DNA of 46,781 nt from Candidatus Poribacteria bacterium (GCA_036339735.1 JAYZAL010000030.1:1-46781); one strand, 5' to 3'; shown: positions 1 through 8,637, counted from the stretch's first letter. A program made the numbers and translations. The notes: generated from the letters alone by a model not told the origin.

Positions 1-720
1 GTCTCAACAAGATTCAATTCTGGTCAGACCAAACGCGAAACTGAGATAATAAACCCACAAACCAGTTCAGACACTGAGGAATATATCCAGCAAGGCTTAG
101 AAGCAATTAGGAACCTCGATAACCAAAGGCTTGAAGATATATTGATACAAGCAGCAGTTGAATTGAGTCGACCGCGACTATTAGAAGAAGTTATTACGCC
201 CCTGATGGATCAGGTTGGCAATGGTTGGCGTGAAGGTACGATCCGAATATCGAGTGAACATATGGCTAGTGAGGTGGTTAGAAGTTTTCTCGCAACTATC
301 AAATCTAGATCTAGAACACGACACCGAACTGGTCCCAGTATTGTAATTGCCACACCTTCGGGTCAATATCATTGTATCGGAGCTTTTACTATCGCAGTAA
401 CGGCCGAATCCGAGGGCTGGCAGACTAATTATCTTGGCGCCGACCTACCAGCCGTTGATATTATACAAGCGGCTACAAAAAATGATTCTCGAGCTGTTGC
501 CCTAAGCATTACTTACCCACCAGATGATCCACAACTTTCTCAAGAACTACAGACGTTACGCGCAGGATTGCCACCTAAAACTGAAATTCTGATCGGTGGA
601 AAATCAGCTTATGCTTATGACGAAGCAATAAGAGGTGCTCGCGCTTTGCACTTAACCTCCCTCAAAAGTTTTCGCGAAGCACTCAGAAATATTCGTTCTT
701 CAGAAGAAATAGAATTTTAA
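1..720 (+). CDS. carH: CarH/LitR-type cobalamin-dependent MerR-family photoreceptor/repressor, 5'-truncated by the window edge
   Basis: Frame is open from base 1 (VSTRFNSG...LEDILIQAAVEL). It has the W-x9-EH motif (GWREGTIRISSEH), then a Rossmann B12-binding domain (ATPSGQYHCIG...GWQTNYLGADLP...VALSIT...LIGG). The MerR HTH would lie upstream of the window. Confidence 0.8.
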   Translation, partial: VSTRFNSGQTKRETEIINPQTSSDTEEYIQQGLEAIRNLDNQRLEDILIQAAVELSRPRLLEEVITPLMDQVGNGWREGTIRISSEHMASEVVRSFLATIKSRSRTRHRTGPSIVIATPSGQYHCIGAFTIAVTAESEGWQTNYLGADLPAVDIIQAATKNDSRAVALSITYPPDDPQLSQELQTLRAGLPPKTEILIGGKSAYAYDEAIRGARALHLTSLKSFREALRNIRSSEEIEF

Positions 721-841
721 TTTTCCTTGATAAGACAGTAATGGTGTCAACTCTGAGTTCTTAGATCTGTAACAAAATAACTTTCTCATCGTATTCTTCT
801 CGAGAAATTCAACAAAGCTACTTAGATCTAATAAAGTAAAC

Positions 842-2086
842 TTAGCTACCGCTCTGTGTGGAATGGGCGAGGAGTCCATCTTCACCAGGGTTCTTATTAG
901 AAACGAGTGAAAAAGCAATCTGAATTCCTTGCTCCTCCACTATTATGCCAACAGTAGGGTCTTTCCCCACATAATCCTGCAACAAGGATCCGACTTCTTT
1001 GAAAATACTAGGTGTCAGATGATCTGCAGAAATTATAATAGCCACACCGCTACCGACATCCTGTGCTTTAATCTTCACTCCCCCGCGTAGACCAAGTTCA
1101 TTCATTTGGGTCGATACAAGGACCAAGCAGCTGGATATAATACTTATCGCTAATGACTTCTTTGTAACTAATAAGGGATCATGTTCTAAGTGAGGCAAGG
1201 GTGCTCCACCTACTTGTTTATAACAAGGACGCGCTAAATCTTGTGCAGATTTCAGCGTTTCTGATAAGGTAATAGCTTCATCATCTATTAAGACACCTTC
1301 TAATGCTGAAACTGATTCTCTAACATCTTCTAAACTAACTTCAATTTCGGTGATTGCTTCTTCTAAATCAGTCAATGCTGTCAAAGCCTGAGAAAGACCG
1401 TTTCTCATTGCATTCGGTGTTGAGGCCCCATCAATTTGAAGATGTTCCACTAGGCGTATAAACGATCGCAATCCAACAGAAGCCATACGACTCACATTGT
1501 TGTTGTAATCTAATAATTCAAGTGATTCCCTGATTTCGGTAAATCCGGAGGATGCGGCCAATTGAGTCAATGAGAGTCTCGGATTGTCCCGTTCTTGGTT
1601 TATTTCCTCAAGCCTTAGGCTAACTTGGTTGGCTAATTCAGACAACAGACGTTGATCTTCAGATGAAAATTTTCTCGGTTTAGTATCTATGACACAAAGT
1701 GAACCTGCAACGTGTTCGTTGATTTTTATAGGTATACCCATGTAGGCTCTAATTCCGTATTGGCGTACTAGTTGCTGCGGAACACGATTATCATCTTTTG
1801 CATTTTCAACTTCAAACGCTTCTCCGTCACGAACGACAAATTGACAAAAAGAAACATCTCTTTCTGTAGAGCGCAAAACCGCTAAGTCGGTGGGAAGACC
1901 ATAATGAGCCTTAAAAAACTGTATTTTTTCAAGAACCATTGTAACCATAGCCATCGGAGTTGAAAGGTTATTAGCAGCTTGACTAACGATTTCAGCTAAT
2001 TTGGGGTCCTCAACTTCCGCTAAGATCTCTTGAGAAAAGATTTTAGATCTTTCAGGTTGATGTCCTAATGCGTCATACTTGTCCAT
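842..2086 (-). CDS. GAF-domain sensor protein with a coiled-coil and a possible degenerate kinase-like C-terminus
   Basis: N-terminal GAF signature (SFCQFVV...FEVENAKDDNR...IRAYMGIPI...GSLCVIDTKPRKFS). No H/N/G boxes are recognisable downstream. Confidence 0.75.
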   Translation of the reverse strand: MDKYDALGHQPERSKIFSQEILAEVEDPKLAEIVSQAANNLSTPMAMVTMVLEKIQFFKAHYGLPTDLAVLRSTERDVSFCQFVVRDGEAFEVENAKDDNRVPQQLVRQYGIRAYMGIPIKINEHVAGSLCVIDTKPRKFSSEDQRLLSELANQVSLRLEEINQERDNPRLSLTQLAASSGFTEIRESLELLDYNNNVSRMASVGLRSFIRLVEHLQIDGASTPNAMRNGLSQALTALTDLEEAITEIEVSLEDVRESVSALEGVLIDDEAITLSETLKSAQDLARPCYKQVGGAPLPHLEHDPLLVTKKSLAISIISSCLVLVSTQMNELGLRGGVKIKAQDVGSGVAIIISADHLTPSIFKEVGSLLQDYVGKDPTVGIIVEEQGIQIAFSLVSNKNPGEDGLLAHSTQSGS

Positions 2087-2358
2087 TTTAATAATTCACC
2101 CAAAATAAAATTGATGTAGTTGAAAGTAAGATTGAATTTGTAAAATTTCCCTTACTCAAGAAAAGTTAAATAATCCACATTTTCTCTTTACTACAAGTTA
2201 TTTCCCTTTTTGTCCCTGTTAAATATAAACAGCAAATTGATCCTTTGGCTAAAGTTGCAAGCTTTCAGTAACACCTAATTACCTCTACTATCTTAGTTTT
2301 CCATATACTCTTTATTTGTATTTCTATACTTCACGCCATAAACTACAAAAATGTCTAC

Positions 2359-2387
2359 TTAACAGAAGACAGAGATTATTCTACTAT
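2359..2387 (+). promoter_or_regulatory. Putative sigma70 promoter upstream of the inverted sigma fragment
   Basis: TTAACA (2359-2364), 17-nt spacer, TACTAT (2382-2387). Confidence 0.4.
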
Positions 2388-2450
2388 AAATCACGACAGG
2401 AATCCATGAGTCATTGGCTTCGGATGCCTAATCTGGTTTTGGAAAGGAGG

Positions 2451-2556
2451 ATTGCTCGAGCCATATTATCTAGTAACCGCATGATAGCTTGACGTACCCA
2501 CCAAATTGCGTAAGTGCTAAACTTGAAATCCTTTGTATAATCAAACCTTTTGTCGC
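2451..2556 (-). repeat. Inverted ~106-bp copy of sigma-factor coding sequence 3466-3572
   Basis: The reverse complement aligns to 3466-3572 with 4 substitutions and one 1-nt gap by manual count. The perfect core is 73 bp (gene 3495-3567). Confidence 0.97.
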
Positions 2557-2769
2557 TCTCGTACAGCCTAAATATTCTTACCTCATAAATCCTTTAATTA
2601 ATTTAGTAATTACCTTACCTAACTTCCTAGGATAAACATGCAGAAGATCGACATGTTCCCCCTATACAAGCTGTTTGTCTAAATGAACCCTTGTCTAGGA
2701 AAAGGTGGGTAACTTAAGCAGGAACTGCCTCTCCCCCCCTGCATGTCTAAATAAAGCCCAAAAAAACCC

Positions 2770-2798
2770 TTGACAGCAAGTTAGACAAAATGTATTAT
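2770..2798 (+). promoter_or_regulatory. Near-consensus sigma70 promoter of the sigma-factor gene
   Basis: TTGACA (2770-2775), 17-nt spacer, TATTAT (2793-2798). Confidence 0.75.
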
Positions 2799-2811
2799 TA
2801 AGCATCAGGCC

Positions 2812-2827
2812 TAGACATATTTGTCTA
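2812..2827. promoter_or_regulatory. Palindromic operator candidate TAGACA-N4-TGTCTA just downstream of the predicted TSS
   Basis: Perfect 6-4-6 inverted repeat. Further TAGACA/TGTCTA half-sites lie at 2352, 2676, 2692, 2744 and 2782. Confidence 0.6.
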
Positions 2828-2844
2828 ACAAAGAAGGTAGCCCA

Positions 2845-2964
2845 ATGAAATTAAGCATCCCTATCATATCCAACTTGAAGAATCAACTCACTAGATTCAC
2901 TACACCGATAGAAGATACCAACGTAACCGTTTGGAAAATCTCTTACTTCTTAAGGATTTACTAG
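2845..2964 (+). CDS. Putative 39-aa leader ORF (MKLSIPIISNLKNQLTRFTTPIEDTNVTVWKISYFLRIY)
   Basis: ATG at 2845 is preceded by AGAAGG, with TAG at 2962-2964. It lies between the promoter and the sigma gene. No homology was recognised. Confidence 0.3.
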   Translation: MKLSIPIISNLKNQLTRFTTPIEDTNVTVWKISYFLRIY

Positions 2965-3060
2965 AGATGATGACTAGAGCTCTAATTAAAGAAAGCAGTA
3001 GATCCTAGCTTCAACATCGCCAAAATCAAAATCCCGTTACAATATAAAAAGGAACGTACC

Positions 3061-4083
3061 ATGACACAAATTTTAGTAGACAACAACAAAAGTGAAGCCC
3101 GTGTATTTCTAGACGAAGAAGTGAATTCAAATGATTTGACAAACGTTGAACATGAAGAAACAGACCGAGATATGGAAAATTCGATCTCAGAAGAAGTGAA
3201 TTCTTCCGATGAAGAGACTGAAACATACAGCAAGAGTTATGAAGGTGTTATTCCTCCTTGGTTATCTAAACTCGGCCAACACCGAATCCTGAGCAGGCAA
3301 GAGGAAAGAGAAATCGGGAAAAGAATAAAAGAGGGAGACGAAGATGCATGTAACCTTCTAGTTACACATAACTTCCGCTTAGTTTTCTCAGTTGCCCTAA
3401 AATATAAGGAACTAGGCGTTCCACTTGAAGACCTCGTTCAAGAGGGGAGTGTGGGCCTCATGAAGGCGGCAAAAAAGTTTGATTATACAAAGGGTTTCAA
3501 GTTTAGCACTTACGCAATTTGGTGGGTACGTCAAGCTATCATGCGGTTACTAGATAATATGGCTCGAACAATTCGCTTACCTTCGTATCTAATTGACAAA
3601 TCTTACTTGCTAGACGACGTACATGGCCATCTACAGAAAAAACTAAATCGGGACCCAAGTTTCGAAGAGATTGCGAACGAGCTAGAAATTGATACTGATC
3701 AAGTGGTCGCCATAACTACTTTAAAGAAAAGCACAGTATCTCTCGACAAGGGGCTCAACTCGACAGATGATGTAACAATAAGCTTAATCGATACTGTTGA
3801 AGATCCATATGCTGACCCTGAACAAACATATATCAGTGATATGGTAGATAAGGATCTAGTGGATAATCTTCTAGATAAACTATCAGATAAACAAAGCGAA
3901 GTCCTTAGGCGTAGGTATGGTATTGGTAAAGAAGGCAATGTCGAAACTTTAAGAGAGCTAGGTGATATGTTTGATTTAACTCGTGAACGTATAAGGCAAA
4001 TCGAAGTTGATGCCCTAGAGAAGTTGCGTAATGTGTACGACGAAAATGGCGAATCACGGTTGGCTGTAAATATAAATATCTAG
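3061..4083 (+). CDS. RNA polymerase sigma factor, RpoD/RpoS-like (group 2-type, probably non-primary)
   Basis: Region 1.2 (LSKLGQHRILSRQEE), region 2 (NFRLVFSVA...[37 protein letters not shown]...ARTIRLP), region 3, and region 4 (TLRELG...TRERIRQIE). Acidic N-terminus; AAGGA RBS. Confidence 0.93.
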   Translation: MTQILVDNNKSEARVFLDEEVNSNDLTNVEHEETDRDMENSISEEVNSSDEETETYSKSYEGVIPPWLSKLGQHRILSRQEEREIGKRIKEGDEDACNLLVTHNFRLVFSVALKYKELGVPLEDLVQEGSVGLMKAAKKFDYTKGFKFSTYAIWWVRQAIMRLLDNMARTIRLPSYLIDKSYLLDDVHGHLQKKLNRDPSFEEIANELEIDTDQVVAITTLKKSTVSLDKGLNSTDDVTISLIDTVEDPYADPEQTYISDMVDKDLVDNLLDKLSDKQSEVLRRRYGIGKEGNVETLRELGDMFDLTRERIRQIEVDALEKLRNVYDENGESRLAVNINI

Positions 4084-4301
4084 TCCCACTAGATTCAAGT
4101 TTTCTATCTCATTTCATACGAATTTGTACATTTGAGCAGATCGGGTATAGTCAATATCACTATCGGGTAAAGCCGGAGTAATGGATATACCCAAAATCTG
4201 TTCAAGAAAAACTGGTAGGAAAGAAAATATTGTACCTGAGTTGAGTAGAAGAGGTTACTAACAAATCCATTAGATTATAATAGAAAGGAGATAGGCAAAG
4301 G

Positions 4302-7300
4302 ATGAAGCATGTTTTCCGTGTTCCATTTCACCGATTAGTAACGTTTCTGAATGACCTCAGCAAAGGAATTGCAATTTGCCTACTCTACTGTTCACTTTTT
4401 TGTATGGCCTATGCTCACCCAAACCATAACAGGCCAGTACAATCGACAATCGAGGGTCGATTGTCATTAAATGCAGCACTTCGTACCGGTCAGGTAGGTA
4501 CTCTGGCACTTTCTTACGAGACTAAGTTAAATCAAACGGCTCAGGGCCAACTCGAGTTTAGGCTGCCAAAGGGTATAACGCCACTCTCCCCAACAACTTT
4601 TGGTAGCATTTATTTTGGCGCTCAAGAACAAAGAAGTCAAGTTTCTATTCGTGTTGATGCTCCTGGTCATTATCCGCTGCAAGCGTCTCTCTATTCCACC
4701 ACACCTGATGGCTACCAAACGGCTGAGCACTTTTATTTGTATCTCAAAACTGACCCAAGTCAAGCCGAAATCTCTTCATATCCTCTGATAAGCTATCAAC
4801 AGAACAGAGAACTCCGGTCTAAAGGCGGCCTTAGACCTGTATCAGCTAAAGATGTCAGTGTAGGAGGAAAACTCACTTACTACAACGATAATCAACGCCA
4901 AGTACGTCCTCTAGCTCGTGCGAAAGTATTATTGATTCAATCAGACATTCTCCTTGAAACCACATTTTCTAATTTGGACGGAGATTATCTGTTTCAGGGC
5001 GTAGTAATGCGGCCAGAGCAACCTAAAGCACTGCAGATTGTGGTTAAAATGGAAAATGACATCCTAGTTCTCAGAACACCAAACCGGGAGATCTACACTT
5101 TTGAGTCTGGCCTAATTCGAAATGTCGAAACCGGATATATTGAGAGAAATTTAACTCTGGACGTGAACAACCCTAATCGAGGAACAGGATATATATTCGA
5201 AAGCATTCAGAAAGCACATGACTTTGTGGAAACCCAAGTTAACACCCGTCGAACCAAATCTATAAATGTCATTTGGCCAGAACCATCTAACAGCTCATTC
5301 TATTATGCCGCGCAATCATTCGGTCGTATCAATAACGAATCAATTCATATTGCTACTGGAGCAGATCAGTGGAGAAAGAGCGTGATGTATCACGAATACG
5401 GCCACGCGTTGATGTCAGCGATGTATGATTATGATTTTGATAATATTCCTCGTGGTGAATACCGGAAGTTTCACACACTTGCCATGGTTACGGATCTAGA
5501 ATTCGCCTTTAGTGAAGGGTGGGCTGAATTCTTTGAGGCCGCCGTTGATAATCGAGCTATGGATTTAACCGGATTCCTAGATGGTCGAACACCCAACGTA
5601 GAAAACAATCAATGGTGGTCTGGTAGATATAATGGTCGTGGATCTAATTCAAATGGGGCTTTGGTAGAGGGAGCAGTAGCTAGTATATTGTGGGATATAT
5701 TCGACACGTCTGAATCCATTGATCTTTCTCCCAATACTGATGATGATCAAATCCAGAACCGGTTCGATCTGTTATGGAAAATTATACTTCGACAAAAACC
5801 TAAAAATATTTTGCAAATCGCCGAAAACTGGCGTGACGAGGGATATCCAAAATGGGAAGCACTACAAAGCATTTATGCCGAGCACCGTGCCTTATCCAAT
5901 ATCAAAACAGCACCGATCTTGACCTTCACAGCCCCTAACCAGCAGATAAATGTTCCAGTAGGTTCAAACTACGAAATATCTTGGACAACTAACCTACAAA
6001 ACCGTGAAAATTTGAAAGTTGATGTTTACTATTATGATAAAAGCCAAACACCCAAAGAAGCCAATTTAATCTCACGCCAAGTAACAAGTAGTAATTTAGT
6101 TTGGGATACAACAAAAGTTCCAAACGGTCGTTATTACCTTCTGGCTGTTTTCACCAACACGGAAGGTAAAGTAGTCCAAATCCCATCGAAATTCACCGTA
6201 ATAATTGATCAATCACCGCTACAACCGCCAGAGATCAATTTGTCCACCAACCCAGATATTTACAGAGTAGACATTACTAACAGTTCACCAATATTCAACC
6301 TGTCGATAGAAAAAAATGGTTCAACAAGTACCAAGGATAATATTTTCAGCTATTTGTTAGATCAACAATCAGACAGCATACCCAATACTGAAGCAGATCC
6401 TAGAGTTCTCGATGGTCAACTTAGATTTTACGAACTAGAACCAGGAATGTGGTGGTTGCATGTTCGTGCTTATGACCCATTGGGCTACTGGAGCGAGACT
6501 CAGCACTTGGGCTTCACAGTCCTTCCCACAATTATTGATGAACCTACTACTGATGTCTTAGAGTACCTTATTGAATTATCTATGTCTGAGCTAAAAGAAG
6601 ATAAGTTAAAAAAGTGGACATCAGAAATACGTCTTCAGCCTTACGGATTCTTAACTAACCGAGACTTGTCCGTCCTGATTGATACAACGGTAGCTTTGAA
6701 CGGATTAATGGAAACAACACAGATTCGAATTACCAAAGACAATCCAAATTTCAAAGTGTACTTTTATCCATCAGTAATGCTACGTGCAGTAGATCCAGAT
6801 TATCGAATCGATAACCCGAGTTTCGTCATTAATCAGTCGAAAAAAAACGAGATCGTTAGTTCAAAGGTTCTAATCGATAGTTTTCGTACTAACCAAACAC
6901 AGCGAGATCATTTGATTCGCAAATGTGTTGCACAAGGATTGGGGCTTACAATAGATGGCAATAGTTATCCGGATAGTATTTTCCATCAAAGATGGAATGA
7001 CGTTACTAGGCTATCACCACTCGACAAACAAGTGATAAGGTTATTCTATAGCGATCAGGTACTATCAGGGATGACTGCACAACAACTTCTACAACTGGAT
7101 ACTAATCAACGACAAAATCCTAACCTAAATGAGTTAGTTGAATCAACTAGTGAAGACACTATAATAGAAGAAATAAACAATCTTCAACCTGAGACTTTAG
7201 CAGGAGATATCAACGGGGATGGAACTGTAGATATTTTTGACTTAGTGATTACGGCAGCATCGTTTGGCAAAACTGGCACTAGCCTTCTATCGGATGCGAA

Positions 7301-7817
7301 CAATGATAATCGTATAGACGTTTTGGATTTAGTCATTGTATACAGCAACTTTAGTCTCTCAGCTGAATTTACACCTTCAATGATTTCCCAAGTTTCGTTA
7401 AGCACGGATGATAAAAAGCACATCACTTCAGCAATAGACCAATTATCATCCAGCACCAACAAGTCAAGCGCAGAAGAAATAACATTAAATATTTTAAAAT
7501 CAATTCTGCCTGAAAGATTACCAGCACGCACCCGCCTGTTAGCTAATTACCCGAATCCATTTAACCCTGAGACATGGATCCCTTTCCAGTTAGCAAAAGA
7601 TTCAATCATACGCATAAACATATATGATCCAACCGGTGAACGCGTTAGATTAATTAACTTGGGGCAATTAACAGCGGGAAACTATGTAGAGCCTGGGAAA
7701 GCGGTTCTTTGGGATGGAACAACAGATAATGGAGAATTGGTGGCTAGTGGACCTTACTTCTATCAAATTGAATCAGAGGGCTATACAGAAATACGAAAAA
7801 TGGTCATAGTGAAATAA
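4302..7817 (+). CDS. Large secreted multidomain protein: Zn-metallopeptidase-like domain, Ig-like domains, DUF2927-like domain, dockerin, and T9SS-A/FlgD-like C-terminal domain
   Basis: Signal-peptide-like segment (GIAICLLYCSLFCMAYA); HEYGH plus a downstream FSEGWAEF; KWTSEIRL...QGLGL...DSIF...LSPLD...SGMT; GDINGDGTVDIFDLV...DANNDNRIDVLDLV; LLANYPNPFNPETWIPFQLA...WDG...VASGPYFYQI...RKMVIVK. Confidence 0.8.
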   Translation: MKHVFRVPFHRLVTFLNDLSKGIAICLLYCSLFCMAYAHPNHNRPVQSTIEGRLSLNAALRTGQVGTLALSYETKLNQTAQGQLEFRLPKGITPLSPTTFGSIYFGAQEQRSQVSIRVDAPGHYPLQASLYSTTPDGYQTAEHFYLYLKTDPSQAEISSYPLISYQQNRELRSKGGLRPVSAKDVSVGGKLTYYNDNQRQVRPLARAKVLLIQSDILLETTFSNLDGDYLFQGVVMRPEQPKALQIVVKMENDILVLRTPNREIYTFESGLIRNVETGYIERNLTLDVNNPNRGTGYIFESIQKAHDFVETQVNTRRTKSINVIWPEPSNSSFYYAAQSFGRINNESIHIATGADQWRKSVMYHEYGHALMSAMYDYDFDNIPRGEYRKFHTLAMVTDLEFAFSEGWAEFFEAAVDNRAMDLTGFLDGRTPNVENNQWWSGRYNGRGSNSNGALVEGAVASILWDIFDTSESIDLSPNTDDDQIQNRFDLLWKIILRQKPKNILQIAENWRDEGYPKWEALQSIYAEHRALSNIKTAPILTFTAPNQQINVPVGSNYEISWTTNLQNRENLKVDVYYYDKSQTPKEANLISRQVTSSNLVWDTTKVPNGRYYLLAVFTNTEGKVVQIPSKFTVIIDQSPLQPPEINLSTNPDIYRVDITNSSPIFNLSIEKNGSTSTKDNIFSYLLDQQSDSIPNTEADPRVLDGQLRFYELEPGMWWLHVRAYDPLGYWSETQHLGFTVLPTIIDEPTTDVLEYLIELSMSELKEDKLKKWTSEIRLQPYGFLTNRDLSVLIDTTVALNGLMETTQIRITKDNPNFKVYFYPSVMLRAVDPDYRIDNPSFVINQSKKNEIVSSKVLIDSFRTNQTQRDHLIRKCVAQGLGLTIDGNSYPDSIFHQRWNDVTRLSPLDKQVIRLFYSDQVLSGMTAQQLLQLDTNQRQNPNLNELVESTSEDTIIEEINNLQPETLAGDINGDGTVDIFDLVITAASFGKTGTSLLSDANNDNRIDVLDLVIVYSNFSLSAEFTPSMISQVSLSTDDKKHITSAIDQLSSSTNKSSAEEITLNILKSILPERLPARTRLLANYPNPFNPETWIPFQLAKDSIIRINIYDPTGERVRLINLGQLTAGNYVEPGKAVLWDGTTDNGELVASGPYFYQIESEGYTEIRKMVIVK

Positions 7818-8120
7818 CATATTTTTCAGCATTCATGACGTAAAAATAATTTCCACGCGAATATGCTTGAAGAATAGCACAGAAGTTGTTTCTCCATTAC
7901 CTATTTGCTTGCTTAAACTAGTTTCTAGTATTCAAAATCATATAGGCCAAAAACTAGGAAACCGGGTAAGTTGACAATCAGAAATGTTGACAAAAAACAT
8001 TTTGGTCCAAACTTCAGACGATCCGTTATTTTCTACCAAACTAGGTTTGGGTAGTTGATTGGCCAATTTGTAGAGTATCCACCAAATTTATTTAATCCAA
8101 ATTTGGATTTATTGTGCCAC

Positions 8121-8597
8121 TTAGTCAATTTGACAAATGTCCGATTGACAGTCGACTGATTTACCGAAATTCAGTCGATGGCGATTTTTCGCTACAATCC
8201 AATAACCAATTTTGCAGAGTTGATGTAGGATTGGTAGGCGGTAAATCCATGACACGTAGCGTTGCCAGCCAACACGTCGATAGATTTCGAAAACAGCATC
8301 AGAGCCACAAAAAACGTGTCCATGTTTGTCTATGAAACGCATTCCTTCTTTGTGAGCATATACTTTTAACTGGGGATAATCATCGGATAAGTTTGGAGTT
8401 TGCTGGGGTAAGAAATCGAACCAGCCATTACGGTCTTGTTTCTTAATCTGGTTCGTTCCGTTTATGCAGAAATTGCAGTTACCATCGTATATGACCAGAG
8501 GACGAATAGGTCGTACAGTTTCTGCTTTCATTTGGATAGACCACCCATCGGGTAGAATTGTGACAAAACAGACAGCCTCATGTCCGTGGTTGAACAC
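8121..8597 (-). CDS. DCC-family thiol-disulfide oxidoreductase (DUF393); the true start may be the internal M (MKAETV)
   Basis: IYDGNCNFC (DxxCxxC) and C-terminal YWIVAKNRH. Confidence 0.88.
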   Translation of the reverse strand: MFNHGHEAVCFVTILPDGWSIQMKAETVRPIRPLVIYDGNCNFCINGTNQIKKQDRNGWFDFLPQQTPNLSDDYPQLKVYAHKEGMRFIDKHGHVFCGSDAVFEIYRRVGWQRYVSWIYRLPILHQLCKIGYWIVAKNRHRLNFGKSVDCQSDICQID

Positions 8598-8637
8598 ATT
8601 GGCAAGTGGTTCGGATTGAATCTGAAAAACATTTGGT

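Noticed and set aside
2451-3572. Diversity-generating retroelement TR/VR pair
   Set aside because: The differences are not adenine-specific, the target is the conserved core of a sigma factor, and there is no reverse transcriptase in the window.
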